The position numbers were made by a program, and so were the translations under genes. A stretch of DNA of 64,000 nucleotides from an uncultured Lachnospiraceae bacterium. Lineage in GTDB: Bacteria; Bacillota; Clostridia; Lachnospirales; Lachnospiraceae. The notes under the pieces were generated by a model. It had not been told where the DNA came from. It saw only the letters and a list, made by a program, of their open reading frames with translations, and searched no databases. This document shows positions 25,382 through 33,992 of this stretch, one piece after another (within the stretch, counting starts at the first letter, position 1; each line of letters starts with the position of its first letter). The stretch covers positions 164-64,163 of the forward strand of contig CANPOY010000010.1 of NCBI GenBank assembly GCA_947575805.1, written 5' to 3'.

Positions 25382-27220
25382 ATGTATTGTACTTCTTGTG
25401 GAAAACAAATCGCGGACGATGCCGCATTTTGTCCGCATTGCGGAATGCCTGTATCATCGAGCGATGAACTGGCAGAGCTGGTGGCCGCGGCGCGCATCGG
25501 CGACCAGGACGCCATTGGCGCTTTGTATGAAAAGACTTACAGTAAGGTCTATTACACTGTCAAGTCCATAATCAAGGATGAGGATACGGTGTTTGACATC
25601 GTACAGGACACTTACATAAAAGCGTTCGCCCATCTGAACAGTTTCCAGGGTGACACGAAGTTTTTACCATGGATACGCCGCATTGCCGCCAATACGGCCA
25701 GGGACTGGCTGAAAAAGAAGCGTCCTATGCTGTTTACGGAGCTGAGCTCCGGCGACGAAAAGGATACTCCCGCAGAAGAGCTGTTTCCGGATGAGCGCAG
25801 CGAGAATCTGCCGGACCAGGTCATCGATCAGGAAGAGACAAAGCGCCTGATCCGCGAGATTATCGAGGAGTTGCCGGAGGATCAGCGTGCTGCTATCGGT
25901 ATGTTCTACTATGAGGAAATGTCAGTTAAAGAGATTGCCGCCGCAATGGGGGTCTCCGAGAGCGCAGTTAAGAGTCGGCTGATGTACGGGCGGAACAAAA
26001 TAGAAACGAAGGTCAGGGAACTGGAGAAGCAGGGCACGAAGCTCTACAGCCTGTCTCCTCTTCCGTTCCTGCTGCTGCTTTTCCGCAATCAGAAGGCATA
26101 TGCGGCCGAGGCACCGGACAGCCGGATTCTTCACGCTATCCTTGCTTCGCAGCCCATGGATGGAGCTGCAGCGGCCGGGGCCGCGCAGGGCGTCGGTACG
26201 GCAGGAGCAGGCACCGGGGCAGGGGCAAGTACCGGGGCGGCGGCTGGCAGCCTTGGTGCGCTGAAAATCGGACTGGTCACTCTTGTCGCCGCGGCAGTTG
26301 TAGGCCTTGGCATTTATGGCGGGATGCGGATCGCTTTCCGCTCTGGCGAGTCACAGAATTCTCAGACTATCGAGGGCGTCATTGACCAGAAAGAGTCGGA
26401 GGCATCTGTAGAGCCTTCTGCAGTAGAATCACAACCAACGGAAGAGGACACAAAGGATTCAACAATGGAGGCTTCCCAATCTACGGAAGAAGAGAGCTCG
26501 GAAGGGGAAGAAGAGAGCCTGGAAGCCGAGGACGAGGCAGTTTGTTCATACATTTTCTCGGATATGCCAATAGCGGCATTTGAGATAACGGGATTGGGAA
26601 TTGGTCCGGATGTGGCCGTTCTCGAGGAACCTATCGTTTTTGAGGATGGTTACAGTGAACTTATACCTCTTGTTCCGATGACGCCAGGCGAAAACACATT
26701 TGTACTGTACTGCTTTTCCGGAGGGAATGAGACTGATCAGGAGTACTATGGAATATCACGGGCCAAAATCCATTCCCCGTCGGGAAGCAGTCCCTGGGAA
26801 GCAAATTCATATACGGTTAATGAGATACCTGCTGAGAATGTCCCGGAGGGCTGGGCAGGTATAAGCAAACATCATGGAGAATTTAAGGAACAAGATGCCG
26901 GAAGTCATGAGACCGTGGGTGATGAATTTGTGATGAGCCTGGATGAGCCGGGTAACGGGGAGTTTAAGAGCATAGTTGACCCCTGGCTTCATTATATAAC
27001 ATTTGCGGAAATCTTCCATAGCGACGCACCCGAGCCCGATGCGATACATGTGGTAGAAGTATTAACATTTACGTACGGAGATGAATACAGCGTGGAAGAG
27101 AACGTGGTTTCAGAAGTGGCGGCAGCCTTTGAAGAGCGGGGAGCGACCGTTCGGGAGATTTCCGTGGAAGAGGCTCTTGCAAGGGATCAAATAACAGTAT
27201 CCGAGGAAAATGCGGACTAA
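25382..27220 (+). CDS. Zinc-ribbon / ECF sigma factor / transmembrane / extracellular-domain fusion protein
   Basis: CxxC-X10-CxxC N-terminus; sigma region 2 (DIVQDTYIKAF...WIRRIAANTARDWLKK); region 4 (LPEDQR...KEIAAAMGVSESAVKSRLMYGR); Ala/Gly linker, TM helix, acidic Ser/Glu/Thr linker, ~220-aa domain. Confidence 0.85.
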   Translation: MYCTSCGKQIADDAAFCPHCGMPVSSSDELAELVAAARIGDQDAIGALYEKTYSKVYYTVKSIIKDEDTVFDIVQDTYIKAFAHLNSFQGDTKFLPWIRRIAANTARDWLKKKRPMLFTELSSGDEKDTPAEELFPDERSENLPDQVIDQEETKRLIREIIEELPEDQRAAIGMFYYEEMSVKEIAAAMGVSESAVKSRLMYGRNKIETKVRELEKQGTKLYSLSPLPFLLLLFRNQKAYAAEAPDSRILHAILASQPMDGAAAAGAAQGVGTAGAGTGAGASTGAAAGSLGALKIGLVTLVAAAVVGLGIYGGMRIAFRSGESQNSQTIEGVIDQKESEASVEPSAVESQPTEEDTKDSTMEASQSTEEESSEGEEESLEAEDEAVCSYIFSDMPIAAFEITGLGIGPDVAVLEEPIVFEDGYSELIPLVPMTPGENTFVLYCFSGGNETDQEYYGISRAKIHSPSGSSPWEANSYTVNEIPAENVPEGWAGISKHHGEFKEQDAGSHETVGDEFVMSLDEPGNGEFKSIVDPWLHYITFAEIFHSDAPEPDAIHVVEVLTFTYGDEYSVEENVVSEVAAAFEERGATVREISVEEALARDQITVSEENAD

Positions 27221-27250
27221 GACGGAAAATGTGCAGTTATGGAGGAAAGT

Positions 27251-28192
27251 ATGAGAAATAAGAAAACGCTTCGATCAGGAATATTGATGGTAACAGTAAT
27301 GCTGTTTTTAAGTGGCTGTGGTAATCAGGCAGAGTCGGCAAGTGCAGAGTCGGCAAGTGCAGAGTCGGTGAAGACAGTACAAGAGGAAAGCATAGTGGAA
27401 AGTATGGAGAGTTCAGAAGTTGAAGACAATTCTGCGCCTGTTGAATCGGAAAAGCCGGATGTGACGGCTGAACCTACGCAGACGTCTGAGCCCGCTGAAA
27501 CTGTAGCGCCTGTTGAGACGGAAGAGCCCGTTGAGAAAGAAAAGCCTGCGGACACGAAGAAGCCCGTTGAGAAAGAAAAGCCTGCGGACACGAAGAAGCC
27601 CGTTGAGAAAGAAAAGCCTGCGGACACGAAGAAGTCCGTTGAGAAAGAAAAGCCTGCTGCTACAGACAAACCTGCAAAGCCCGCAGATAACCAGGCTGCC
27701 GATGCACCTTCCGAGCCGGCACAGCCCTCCGAACCTGTTCAGCCTTCCGAGTCAACACAGCCTTCTGTACCCGCAGAATCGGAAAGCAGTGGTTCAGAAC
27801 AGCCACATGAACATAATTGGGTAGCGCATACCACTCAGCGCTGGGTATCTCAAATCGTGACAGTAGTAGACGAGCCGGAACGATATGAGAAAGTAGGTGT
27901 GGCAGAAATATACTGGTATAATACAGGCACATGGGAGGTGACGAGAGACCCTGATCGTTTCACAGAATGGTGCTATGACGAGGTAGGCGGAGCATCCTGT
28001 CCCATGGCAGGATGGCATGAGGGCAATCCTTTGTTCTTAGGATATGACGAAAGCGGACATGCCCAATTTGCAGGAGATCATGTCCTCTATGATACTTATG
28101 ACTATATTCCGGCAGTTACCCACGAGGAGGATCAGGGATATTACGAAACATATGTGGACTACTACTACTGCGACTGCGGCGCAACCAAATAA
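27251..28192 (+). CDS. Lipoprotein with Pro/Lys/Glu tandem repeats and a Tyr/Trp-rich C-terminal domain
   Basis: RBS ggagg, lipobox LSGC, (EKEKPADTKKPV)n, C-terminal HEHNW...CDCGATK. Confidence 0.8.
   Translation: MRNKKTLRSGILMVTVMLFLSGCGNQAESASAESASAESVKTVQEESIVESMESSEVEDNSAPVESEKPDVTAEPTQTSEPAETVAPVETEEPVEKEKPADTKKPVEKEKPADTKKPVEKEKPADTKKSVEKEKPAATDKPAKPADNQAADAPSEPAQPSEPVQPSESTQPSVPAESESSGSEQPHEHNWVAHTTQRWVSQIVTVVDEPERYEKVGVAEIYWYNTGTWEVTRDPDRFTEWCYDEVGGASCPMAGWHEGNPLFLGYDESGHAQFAGDHVLYDTYDYIPAVTHEEDQGYYETYVDYYYCDCGATK
27330..27368 (+). repeat. 15-bp tandem repeat (AESAS)
   Basis: GCAGAGTCGGCAAGT x2.6. Confidence 0.85.
27527..27657 (+). repeat. 36-bp tandem repeat, about 3.6 copies
   Basis: CCCGTTGAGAAAGAAAAGCCTGCGGACACGAAGAAG identical at 27527, 27563 and 27599; partial copy at 27635. 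Confidence 0.95.
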
Positions 28193-28259
28193 CTTAGACG
28201 GAAGCCGTACTTTATTTTTTAGTACGAAAGCCCTTAAAAATAGGAAAAAGGAGAAACAA

Positions 28260-29123
28260 ATGAAAGCAAAACCAATTACAACACTTTTACTGGCACTGGC
28301 CCTGGTGCTTCCCCTCTCCGCCTGCGGCGGAAACAGAGATGACGTACATACCCGTATTGAGGGAGACACGCTCTACCTCTCCGGCAGAGGAACCGTAAAT
28401 CACGAAGATTTCGGCGATTTTAGTCCGGATAATGTAGTGGTTGAGAAAGGAATTACCGGGATTGGTGAAGGAGCATTCCATATGTGCGGAAACATGACCG
28501 AAATTAGTCTGCCTGAAGGTGTGAAGAGCATCGGCGATGGTGCGTTCAGTGCGTGCAGCAGTCTGAAAACGGTCACTCTGCCGGAGAGCGTGAAGAGCAT
28601 CGGCGAGGGTGCATTCCGCGAATGCAGCGGTCTGCTTCTTATCAGCCTGCCCGAAAGTGTGGAGAGTATCGGCCAGGCTGCATTCTACAGGTGCAGCAGC
28701 CTGATGTCTATCACCTTGCCGGAGGGCCTGAAGAGCATCGGCGACGCTGCATTCAACGGATGCAGCAGTCTGACAGCCATTACCCTGCCGGAGGGCGTGA
28801 AAAGCATTGGCGAATATGCGTTCCTGGAATGCAGCAGCCTCACCTCTATCACCTTGCCCGAAGGCGTGGAGAGTATTGGCGCTGGTGCGTTCTATGGATG
28901 CAGCAGCCTGAGAAGTATCACTCTGCCTGACAGCGTGGAGAGTATCGGCGCTGAGGCATTCACATTGTGTGAAAGCCTGACAGAGGTGACACTGGGCACC
29001 GGCTTGACGGAATTTCCCAGCTTTGACGGCGCCTATGCGCTTACACGGATCAAAGCCCCCAGCAGCCTGCAGGAATCGGCCATAAAGTCCGGGATAGATC
29101 TGTCCCTGATTGAATGGTATTAA
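28260..29123 (+). CDS. BspA-type leucine-rich-repeat lipoprotein (LRR_5)
   Basis: RBS aaggag, lipobox LSAC, about seven 23-aa repeats LxxIxLPEGVKSIGxxAFxxCSS. Confidence 0.9.
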   Translation: MKAKPITTLLLALALVLPLSACGGNRDDVHTRIEGDTLYLSGRGTVNHEDFGDFSPDNVVVEKGITGIGEGAFHMCGNMTEISLPEGVKSIGDGAFSACSSLKTVTLPESVKSIGEGAFRECSGLLLISLPESVESIGQAAFYRCSSLMSITLPEGLKSIGDAAFNGCSSLTAITLPEGVKSIGEYAFLECSSLTSITLPEGVESIGAGAFYGCSSLRSITLPDSVESIGAEAFTLCESLTEVTLGTGLTEFPSFDGAYALTRIKAPSSLQESAIKSGIDLSLIEWY

Positions 29124-29203
29124 CAGCAGGGCAGCGCCCAAAACGGAAAGTAATTGTGCTCCTTTCGGATACTGGATATAATGGAGGAAAGGAGGGCTAA
29201 CCG

Positions 29204-29370
29204 ATGGATCCGTTAAAAAAAGAAGATGCGTCAGGGAGTATGGGATTGTCGATCCGGAAAGACGGATGGTGACGGTTTACGGATTTGAAAAGGAGACGGT
29301 GGAGCATTACAGCTTTGGGGAAGCGGTGCCGGCAGGGATTTATGAGGACTTTTCCATAAGGGTGCAGTAG
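29204..29370 (+). pseudogene. Uma2-family endonuclease remnant (start joined to the C-terminus)
   Basis: Strong RBS and MDPLKKED, then out of frame VREYGIVDPERRMVTVYGFEKETVEHYSFGEAVPAGIYEDFSIRVQ*. Confidence 0.65.
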
Positions 29371-29381
29371 AGTAAAATCAT

Positions 29382-29428
29382 AAAAAGTCCTGTAAACGGT
29401 GTAAATATGCTGTTTACAGGACTTTTTT
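29382..29428. terminator. Bidirectional intrinsic terminator
   Basis: AAAAAGTCCTGTAAAC...GTTTACAGGACTTTTT between convergent units. Confidence 0.8.
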
Positions 29429-29458
29429 CTTCGCAGGGGAAAATCTTCTCCGCCTGAT

Positions 29459-30685
29459 TTATCTGCCTGAAACCTGGAAGCGCTGATAAATCGGTTTTCC
29501 AATGGCGGCAATGATTATGCCTGCGGCCAGATAGATTAGCGGGACTGCCTGCCAGGGAGTCAGATAGTGACCAAATATGGAAACCGTGTATTGTCCGAAA
29601 ACATTCCAGGGTGCAAGGAAGGACCAGGGGAGCCAGTTCCAAATCTGTGCAGCCACTCTGTAATGCGTCGGAGCAGTCACAATTAAAGGCGCAATCAACA
29701 GCCCGACTGAAATTGCCAGTGTGGCAATATTACTTTTCAGCAGCTCTGACAATACCATGACAAATACACTTGTGATAACAGCAGCAGCCATCATGTTTCC
29801 ATATGCGATCAATATCGCCTGGCCGCAGGTGACAGGGCTTGAGCTTGGATTGTAAATGAATTGAAAGGTCGCCTGAAATCCCCCTGTACCATACAGGCAT
29901 ACGGCCGATGTAAATTCTGCGGTAAAAAACAGGATGGTAATGACTATGGCAAAGGTGGTCCCCGCTGCTATTTTAGCCCAGTAGAGCCATGTTTTTCCTA
30001 AGGGAGAGGCTAATATAAGCTGGTCTGTTTTTCGGATATGTTCATCCGAAAAGATCCCCGAAAGGCATATGGCAATTAATATCAGCACAAAGAGTCCGGT
30101 GGTCTGATAGCTTGAAAACAGGGCGCGGTATCCGCCGTGTTCTTCATAGACATAGGGCTTCTTTACCTGTTCCTCCTGTTCTCTCCAAAATTCTGTTTCT
30201 CCCTTTGACAGCTTTATGTCTTCCCGCATGGAAGTAAGCCATGCCTGCCTTTTGGCGTACAGCTCGGCTTCATTTGGCTGCCATGAATACATGGCTTCAA
30301 AGGTCTGCATACCCGATGTTTTACGTATGATTTGAAAGATTTCACTGTATGGACGTGCATATTTCCGGTATTCTTCTGTTGCTTGATAAGGGGTTTCGGT
30401 GGTCTGCGGGATTTTTTGATAGGCAGCTATGGTTTCTTCCAAAAGCGCCTGATCAATTTCCCTGCCGCTCAGCTCCAGAGCATATTTTTTGTCTGTTTGA
30501 TACATATTAAAGTTTGTGTCTATGAATTTCCCGTCTATATAATAGTTTCCAAGGAGTGGGGCAAACACGGAAATGACACAGATCAGAATGCCCAGCATAG
30601 AAGAAATCCACACTATTTTTTTACTCAGTAATTTTTTCCATTCGTACCCGAAGGCGGCTCCAAAATTATTCATGGTTTGTCTCAT
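29459..30685 (-). CDS. ABC transporter permease
   Basis: One N-terminal TM segment, large loop, FSDEHIRKTDQLILASPLGK, C-terminal TM bundle. Confidence 0.85.
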   Translation of the reverse strand: MRQTMNNFGAAFGYEWKKLLSKKIVWISSMLGILICVISVFAPLLGNYYIDGKFIDTNFNMYQTDKKYALELSGREIDQALLEETIAAYQKIPQTTETPYQATEEYRKYARPYSEIFQIIRKTSGMQTFEAMYSWQPNEAELYAKRQAWLTSMREDIKLSKGETEFWREQEEQVKKPYVYEEHGGYRALFSSYQTTGLFVLILIAICLSGIFSDEHIRKTDQLILASPLGKTWLYWAKIAAGTTFAIVITILFFTAEFTSAVCLYGTGGFQATFQFIYNPSSSPVTCGQAILIAYGNMMAAAVITSVFVMVLSELLKSNIATLAISVGLLIAPLIVTAPTHYRVAAQIWNWLPWSFLAPWNVFGQYTVSIFGHYLTPWQAVPLIYLAAGIIIAAIGKPIYQRFQVSGR

Positions 30686-31385
30686 TTTTGACCTCCCCGC
30701 TAATATGCTGTAAGTAAAAATCTTCCAGACTGCCCTTGCTTTCGTTCCACTTATCCTGATAAATAAGCTTTCCGGCCTTCATGATTAAAACGGTATCGGC
30801 AATGTGCTCAATATCCGACACAATATGAGTTGACAGCAGCACAATGCTATCCTTGCCCAAAGTCTCCATCAGATTGCGGAAGCGTACTCTTTCCTTTGGA
30901 TCCAGTCCGGCAGTGGGCTCGTCTACTACAAGAAGCTTTGGCTGCCCAAGTAAGGCCTGCGCGATTCCCAGGCGCTGCTTCATGCCGCCGGAATAGGTTT
31001 TTATTTTCTTTTTGGCGGCATCCTGTAAGGATACCAGCTGTAAAAGCTCCGCTGCTCTTTGCTTTGCCTGCGGCTTAGCAAGCCCCTTTAACGCCGCCAT
31101 GTATAAAAGGAAGTCCTGCCCTGTGAATTCGGGATAGTAGCCAAAATCCTGGGGAAGGTATCCCAAAACAGAGCGATAATTTTCTTCACCCACATCCATA
31201 CCGTCAAAAGATATACTGCCGCTTGTAGGCTTTAAAATGCCGCAGAGCATTCTCATCAGAGTTGTTTTTCCGGCGCCGTTTTCACCAAGCAGTCCGTTAA
31301 CGCCCTTTTGAAGCTTTAAGGAAATACGGTCAACCGCAATATGATTTTTATATTGCTTTGATACTCGGTCTATTACAAGTTCCAT
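30666..31385 (-). CDS. ABC transporter ATP-binding subunit
   Basis: GENGAGKTT, YSGGMKQR, VDEPTAGLDP, STHIVSD; real start is ATG 31385. Confidence 0.93.
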   Translation of the reverse strand: MELVIDRVSKQYKNHIAVDRISLKLQKGVNGLLGENGAGKTTLMRMLCGILKPTSGSISFDGMDVGEENYRSVLGYLPQDFGYYPEFTGQDFLLYMAALKGLAKPQAKQRAAELLQLVSLQDAAKKKIKTYSGGMKQRLGIAQALLGQPKLLVVDEPTAGLDPKERVRFRNLMETLGKDSIVLLSTHIVSDIEHIADTVLIMKAGKLIYQDKWNESKGSLEDFYLQHISGEVKNETNHE

Positions 31386-32089
31386 GCTAGTTCCTCCGTT
31401 CCTTTCATTGTTAGATAGATTTCCCGCGCTGCTCTGCCAATCAAAAAGACAGACAAAATGATCCACCAGTGAATGTAAGTAAATTGATATAAAAAATCGG
31501 CAAGTATATGAAGTCCAAAGTTTGTCATACTTACCAGCGCAGCGGCACACATGCAGCCGTAAAATGCTTCCCTGCCGTGAAAACGGCGGGTGAACCACAG
31601 GCTGATCGTTACAGTCAGCAGATAGGGAACCAGCAGGTAGATTCCTGTCTGGAGTAAAGATAGATTGCCGCTGCGGCATAAGGGAATCAGACAGCATATG
31701 ACAAGCCCGTCAAGCAACCCCAGAATACTCATCTTTGCCAACACAACACTTTTTGAGGAAAATCTTGCGGACATTTCAAGCTCCTGCATTCCATATTTTG
31801 CGGAGCGCGTGCTTTCCGTCACAGCCAGCAGGCCAAGAAAGGGTATCAGCGCGGACAGAATCCATAAGGTATTCGGATTCATGTGGTGGGCGCCCATCAG
31901 CGCAGGCACGAGCAATAGCAGGGACAGCGCCAATACCCGTTTTCGGAGATAGGTAATCTGTGCAAAAACAAACTGCCGCATACTGATCTGAGGCTTGGCG
32001 AGAGTTCTTAAAAACCGGGCTTTTTCCTGCCGGTTGGGTGCAGGAAACTCAAAGGCCTTTTTAAGCTTCTGTTTTAAAGCTCTGTTCAT
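31373..32089 (-). CDS. Membrane protein, putative anti-sigma partner
   Basis: Short soluble N-terminus then 5-6 TM segments; overlaps the ECF sigma stop. Confidence 0.7.
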   Translation of the reverse strand: MNRALKQKLKKAFEFPAPNRQEKARFLRTLAKPQISMRQFVFAQITYLRKRVLALSLLLLVPALMGAHHMNPNTLWILSALIPFLGLLAVTESTRSAKYGMQELEMSARFSSKSVVLAKMSILGLLDGLVICCLIPLCRSGNLSLLQTGIYLLVPYLLTVTISLWFTRRFHGREAFYGCMCAAALVSMTNFGLHILADFLYQFTYIHWWIILSVFLIGRAAREIYLTMKGTEELAWNL

Positions 32090-32547
32090 TCCGTAAATCC
32101 CTCCTTTATCAGTTCTTCCTTTAACTGCTTTGATGCCCTTGCCAGTCTGCGGTAAACGGCAAAACGTGATATTCCCGTAATTTTACAAATGGAAGTAACG
32201 GAAATTTCATGTACATACCGCAGAAACAATAATTCCTGATCCTCTGCCGGAAGCCTTGCCATGGCGGCTCTTAAGGCAAGGCTATTAATGATTTCCTCTG
32301 ATGAATCACAGACCGAATTTTCTGCGGTATCTTCCATGCTGTAAACCGGCTTTTTCCGAAATTCATCCACACACAGATTTTTTGCGGTGGCATATAAGTA
32401 TGGCAGTATTTTTCCGCTGTCCAGCTTCAGGTCCCGTCTGTAAAATCGAAGAAAAGTTTCCTGGGTAATATCCTGAGCTAATTGCCTGTCATAAATTTTG
32501 AAACAGCAATAGTGGAAAATCTTGTCGTATTGTTCTTCGAGATCCAT
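32086..32547 (-). CDS. ECF RNA polymerase sigma factor
   Basis: AQDITQETFLRF, YLYATAKNLCVDEFRK, LPAEDQELLFLRY...ISRFAVYRRL. Confidence 0.9.
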   Translation of the reverse strand: MDLEEQYDKIFHYCCFKIYDRQLAQDITQETFLRFYRRDLKLDSGKILPYLYATAKNLCVDEFRKKPVYSMEDTAENSVCDSSEEIINSLALRAAMARLPAEDQELLFLRYVHEISVTSICKITGISRFAVYRRLARASKQLKEELIKEGFTE

Positions 32548-32719
32548 GTGCCTGAATGCCTCCCTCCATAATGTTTAACGAATGATGCTGCTAAAATGTG
32601 CGGGTTATTTTTAAAATTATACGCTTTTACTGACCGGTTCCGAAAGGGGAAAATGAGTATTCGTAACGTCTGAATCCTGAAGAATAGGAGAAGGGAATTG
32701 ATCAATTATACTATTCAAT

Positions 32720-32747
32720 TTGACAAGTCAGATGGGAATGCTATAAC
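32720..32747 (+). promoter_or_regulatory. sigmaA promoter upstream of the T-box
   Basis: TTGACA(32720)-16 nt-TATAAC with extended TG. Confidence 0.65.
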
Positions 32748-32771
32748 TCTATGCAAGTTGATTTAAGGAAA

Positions 32772-32892
32772 AGTGATGACGGAAACAAGCAGCATACTAA
32801 TCGCAGACAGAGAGCGTCATATGGTGGAAGACGCTTATGCGGATCGTATGTGAAAACCATTGCCCGGCTGTAATACTGAAAGTAGCTGTAAG
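32772..32892 (+). ncRNA. T-box leader, Stem I only; probable Asn (AAC) specifier
   Basis: GA motif (GGAAACAAGCAG), AG bulge CAGAGAGC, terminal loop GGTGGAA, specifier context GAA-AAC at 32855-32857, CTGAAAGTAG; no GGTGGTACC antiterminator downstream. Confidence 0.65.
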
Positions 32893-33148
32893 CATTATAT
32901 TTAGTTCGCCGTTTTTCGCATGTTATATGATATAATGAGTGCAAACGAAACTGATGCACTGCATGTGTCTGGTCAGGGATGATGAACAGTCGGATGATAA
33001 AGTATGAACTCCCGGCGGTATATGCCAGGAGAGGCTGCGCTATTGGAACGAGGATGTTCAGGCAGCTGTGACCGCGATAGAATTATTGAAATAACGGATA
33101 AGCGGATTATGAAGAAAATCCGGTAACCGATTAAGGAGTAACATGTAA

Positions 33149-33880
33149 ATGGTATACAAATATTGTGAAAATGAGAATTTTGAAGATTTAGCCAGCGGAA
33201 GAGTAATTGCGCAAAAGGCGGGGTTCCCAAACTTCCCCGTCCGGCTTGCACAGGAAATATTTGGCAGGTGCTGCAGTTATCTGGAGACTCATGACAGGAT
33301 ATGTATTTATGATCCCTGCTGCGGTGGCGGCTATCTGTTGACGACCCTCGGATTTTTGAATTATGATAAAATAGAAACAATAATTGCATCCGACATAAGT
33401 GAGGAGGCGATACAGCTTGCCGGTGAGAATCTGTCGCTGCTTGGTAAAGACGGACTTAACCGGAGAATCGAGCAGTTAAACCAATTGCGTTTATTACATA
33501 ATAAAGCGTCCCACAGCGGAGCATTGGACAGTGCCGCCAATTTGTCAAGCATATTAACAAATGCAGGACATGAAATAAAATACAAAGTGTTTCAAGCCGA
33601 TATTTTGTCAAGGGCGCCCTTTGATCATCTGCATTTCAAGGCAGATATTGTCTTTACGGATGTCCCTTATGGAAATCTTGTAGAATGGCAGAAGGAAAAT
33701 GAGGATAATATTAATTTGCCGGATCAGTTTCTGCCGGTAATAAAGGACAAAGGAATTGTTGCCATATGTTCAGACAAGTCACAAAAATTTTATTCCAGGC
33801 ACTTTCAAAGACTGGAACGGCAGGCGGTCGGGAAACGTTTATTTCAGATATTTAAGGTGGAAAAGAAGTGCAGCTCATAA
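33149..33880 (+). CDS. AviRa-like rRNA methyltransferase
   Basis: EDLASGRVI...PNFPVRLAQEIFGRC, SAM motif YDPCCGGGYLLT, DIVFTDVPYG. Confidence 0.75.
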   Translation: MVYKYCENENFEDLASGRVIAQKAGFPNFPVRLAQEIFGRCCSYLETHDRICIYDPCCGGGYLLTTLGFLNYDKIETIIASDISEEAIQLAGENLSLLGKDGLNRRIEQLNQLRLLHNKASHSGALDSAANLSSILTNAGHEIKYKVFQADILSRAPFDHLHFKADIVFTDVPYGNLVEWQKENEDNINLPDQFLPVIKDKGIVAICSDKSQKFYSRHFQRLERQAVGKRLFQIFKVEKKCSS

Positions 33881-33992
33881 TAAAGAGCAATTTTACGCCG
33901 ATATAATAAGTGAGACGCATAGGGGCCTGCAGGTTTGCTGGCAAGGAATCGGATTTATGCGTGCCTATTCAGCTGATATGAGGAGCCGGAAA

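Noticed and set aside
27527-27657. 36-bp repeats as a CRISPR array
   Set aside because: The repeats are contiguous with no spacers, lie in frame within a CDS, and no cas genes are nearby.
28500-28990. LRR repeats as a DGR template/variable repeat pair
   Set aside because: There is no reverse transcriptase in the window and the differences are not adenine-specific.
28287-29141. 284-aa repetitive minus-strand ORF
   Set aside because: It mirrors the LRR repeats of the plus-strand gene.
30666-31697. 343-aa version of the ABC ATPase in the ORF track
   Set aside because: The extension overlaps the upstream membrane gene; the Walker-proximal ATG at 31385 is the plausible start.
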